Of a DNA stretch of 14,144 nt, positions 13,437-14,144 are shown piece by piece (positions within the stretch are counted from its first letter, which is position 1; each line of letters opens with the position of its first letter). The position numbers and the translations under genes are program-made. Source of the DNA: a bacterium (lineage in GTDB: Bacteria; Eisenbacteria; RBG-16-71-46); assembly GCA_043779265.1 (NCBI GenBank), contig JAYWEM010000023.1, positions 1 through 14,144 on the forward strand. The letters are read 5' to 3'. The notes below the pieces were generated by a model. It saw only the letters and a list, made by a program, of their open reading frames with translations, searched no databases and was not told the origin of the DNA.

Positions 13437-14144
13437 ATGCGCCCTCGAATGATGGTCCTGTCCGCGATCCTGCTGTCGCTCACCGCCGGACTTGTCTGGA
13501 CCTACGGTCCGCACGCGGTCGGATCGCGTCGGACGCCGCTTCCTCCGGTGGTCGCGGTCGCGATGCCGGATTCCCTCTTCGCATGGAGGGACGTGACGTC
13601 GATCGCCGAGGCCCAGGAGATGCTGTTCGACTCCTACCGCCTGCCTCCTGACCTCCGCATGATCACGGCGCTCGGGGATCTCTCGAGACTCGCCGACCCG
13701 AAGACGAAGGAACGGGCGGATGTTCGATGGGCGGGCGACCACTGGGTCGTGCTTCTGGGGGATCGCGAAGTCGGCAAGCTGCCCGAGTTCCCCGACTTCG
13801 AGGACGGCATGGCGCTGCTCGATCGATGGTCAGCGGCTCAAGGGACATCGGCACCACAGGGCGATCCACTTCCCGAGGCGGATGCTGCGTTCGCGCAGGG
13901 CGACCCGCTGAGTGCGCTTGCCGCTCTGGATGCCAGCGGAGAGACGAGTCGCGCACATGCAGCGCAGGCAGCCCATGCACTCACCTGGATCGCACTGGCG
14001 ACACCGGATCGCCCGACGCGCGATGGTGACGCCCTGCTGGCCCGCGCCTGCGCTGCGGCCGCATGGGCGGGGTCGGCCCACTCCTCGGACGTGCGCGCGC
14101 TGTTGTCCTACCGCATGCGATACGCGAGGCGGGCGGAGATGCTC
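13437..14144 (+). CDS. Hypothetical exported or membrane-anchored protein (runs off the right edge, at least 236 aa)
   Basis: Not in the track. AGGAGG RBS then ATG 13437, and the frame is open to 14144. N-terminus MRPRMMVLSAILLSLTAGLVWTYG is a signal or TM segment, followed later by an Ala/Leu-rich helical region. No family recognised. Confidence 0.8.
   Translation, partial: MRPRMMVLSAILLSLTAGLVWTYGPHAVGSRRTPLPPVVAVAMPDSLFAWRDVTSIAEAQEMLFDSYRLPPDLRMITALGDLSRLADPKTKERADVRWAGDHWVVLLGDREVGKLPEFPDFEDGMALLDRWSAAQGTSAPQGDPLPEADAAFAQGDPLSALAALDASGETSRAHAAQAAHALTWIALATPDRPTRDGDALLARACAAAAWAGSAHSSDVRALLSYRMRYARRAEML

Overview
High-GC bacterial chromosomal DNA (hand-counted 60-nt lines in typical genes give about 67-78% GC). 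A secreted protein ending in a FlgD-Ig/T9SS-like C-terminal domain, an outer-membrane LpxR and a futalosine-pathway mqnA point to a diderm of the FCB neighbourhood such as Ca. Eisenbacteria; this is inference only. Left: a minus-strand type IV minor-pilin operon with FimT/GspH-like (3349-3780) and PilV-like (2933-3352) genes, then a giant PilW-like pilin (2930 to beyond the left edge, at least 976 aa) that the ORF track missed. That pilin is fused to three SdrD-B-like Ig domains and a probable 7-bladed FG-GAP beta-propeller, and is the most striking element in the window. Middle: lpxR-family deacylase (-), then a divergent secreted ComEC-type metallo-beta-lactamase-fold hydrolase with accessory domains and a CTD (+), ending at a GC-rich hairpin. 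Right: a minus-strand run of recQ (HRDC present, winged-helix absent), a low-GC two-domain putative nuclease that looks horizontally acquired, DUF3303, a RimJ/RimL GNAT, a MOSC protein, mqnA and a TIGR00266/AIM24 gene. A divergent exported hypothetical gene runs off the right edge. No rRNA, tRNA, CRISPR array or transposase was seen.
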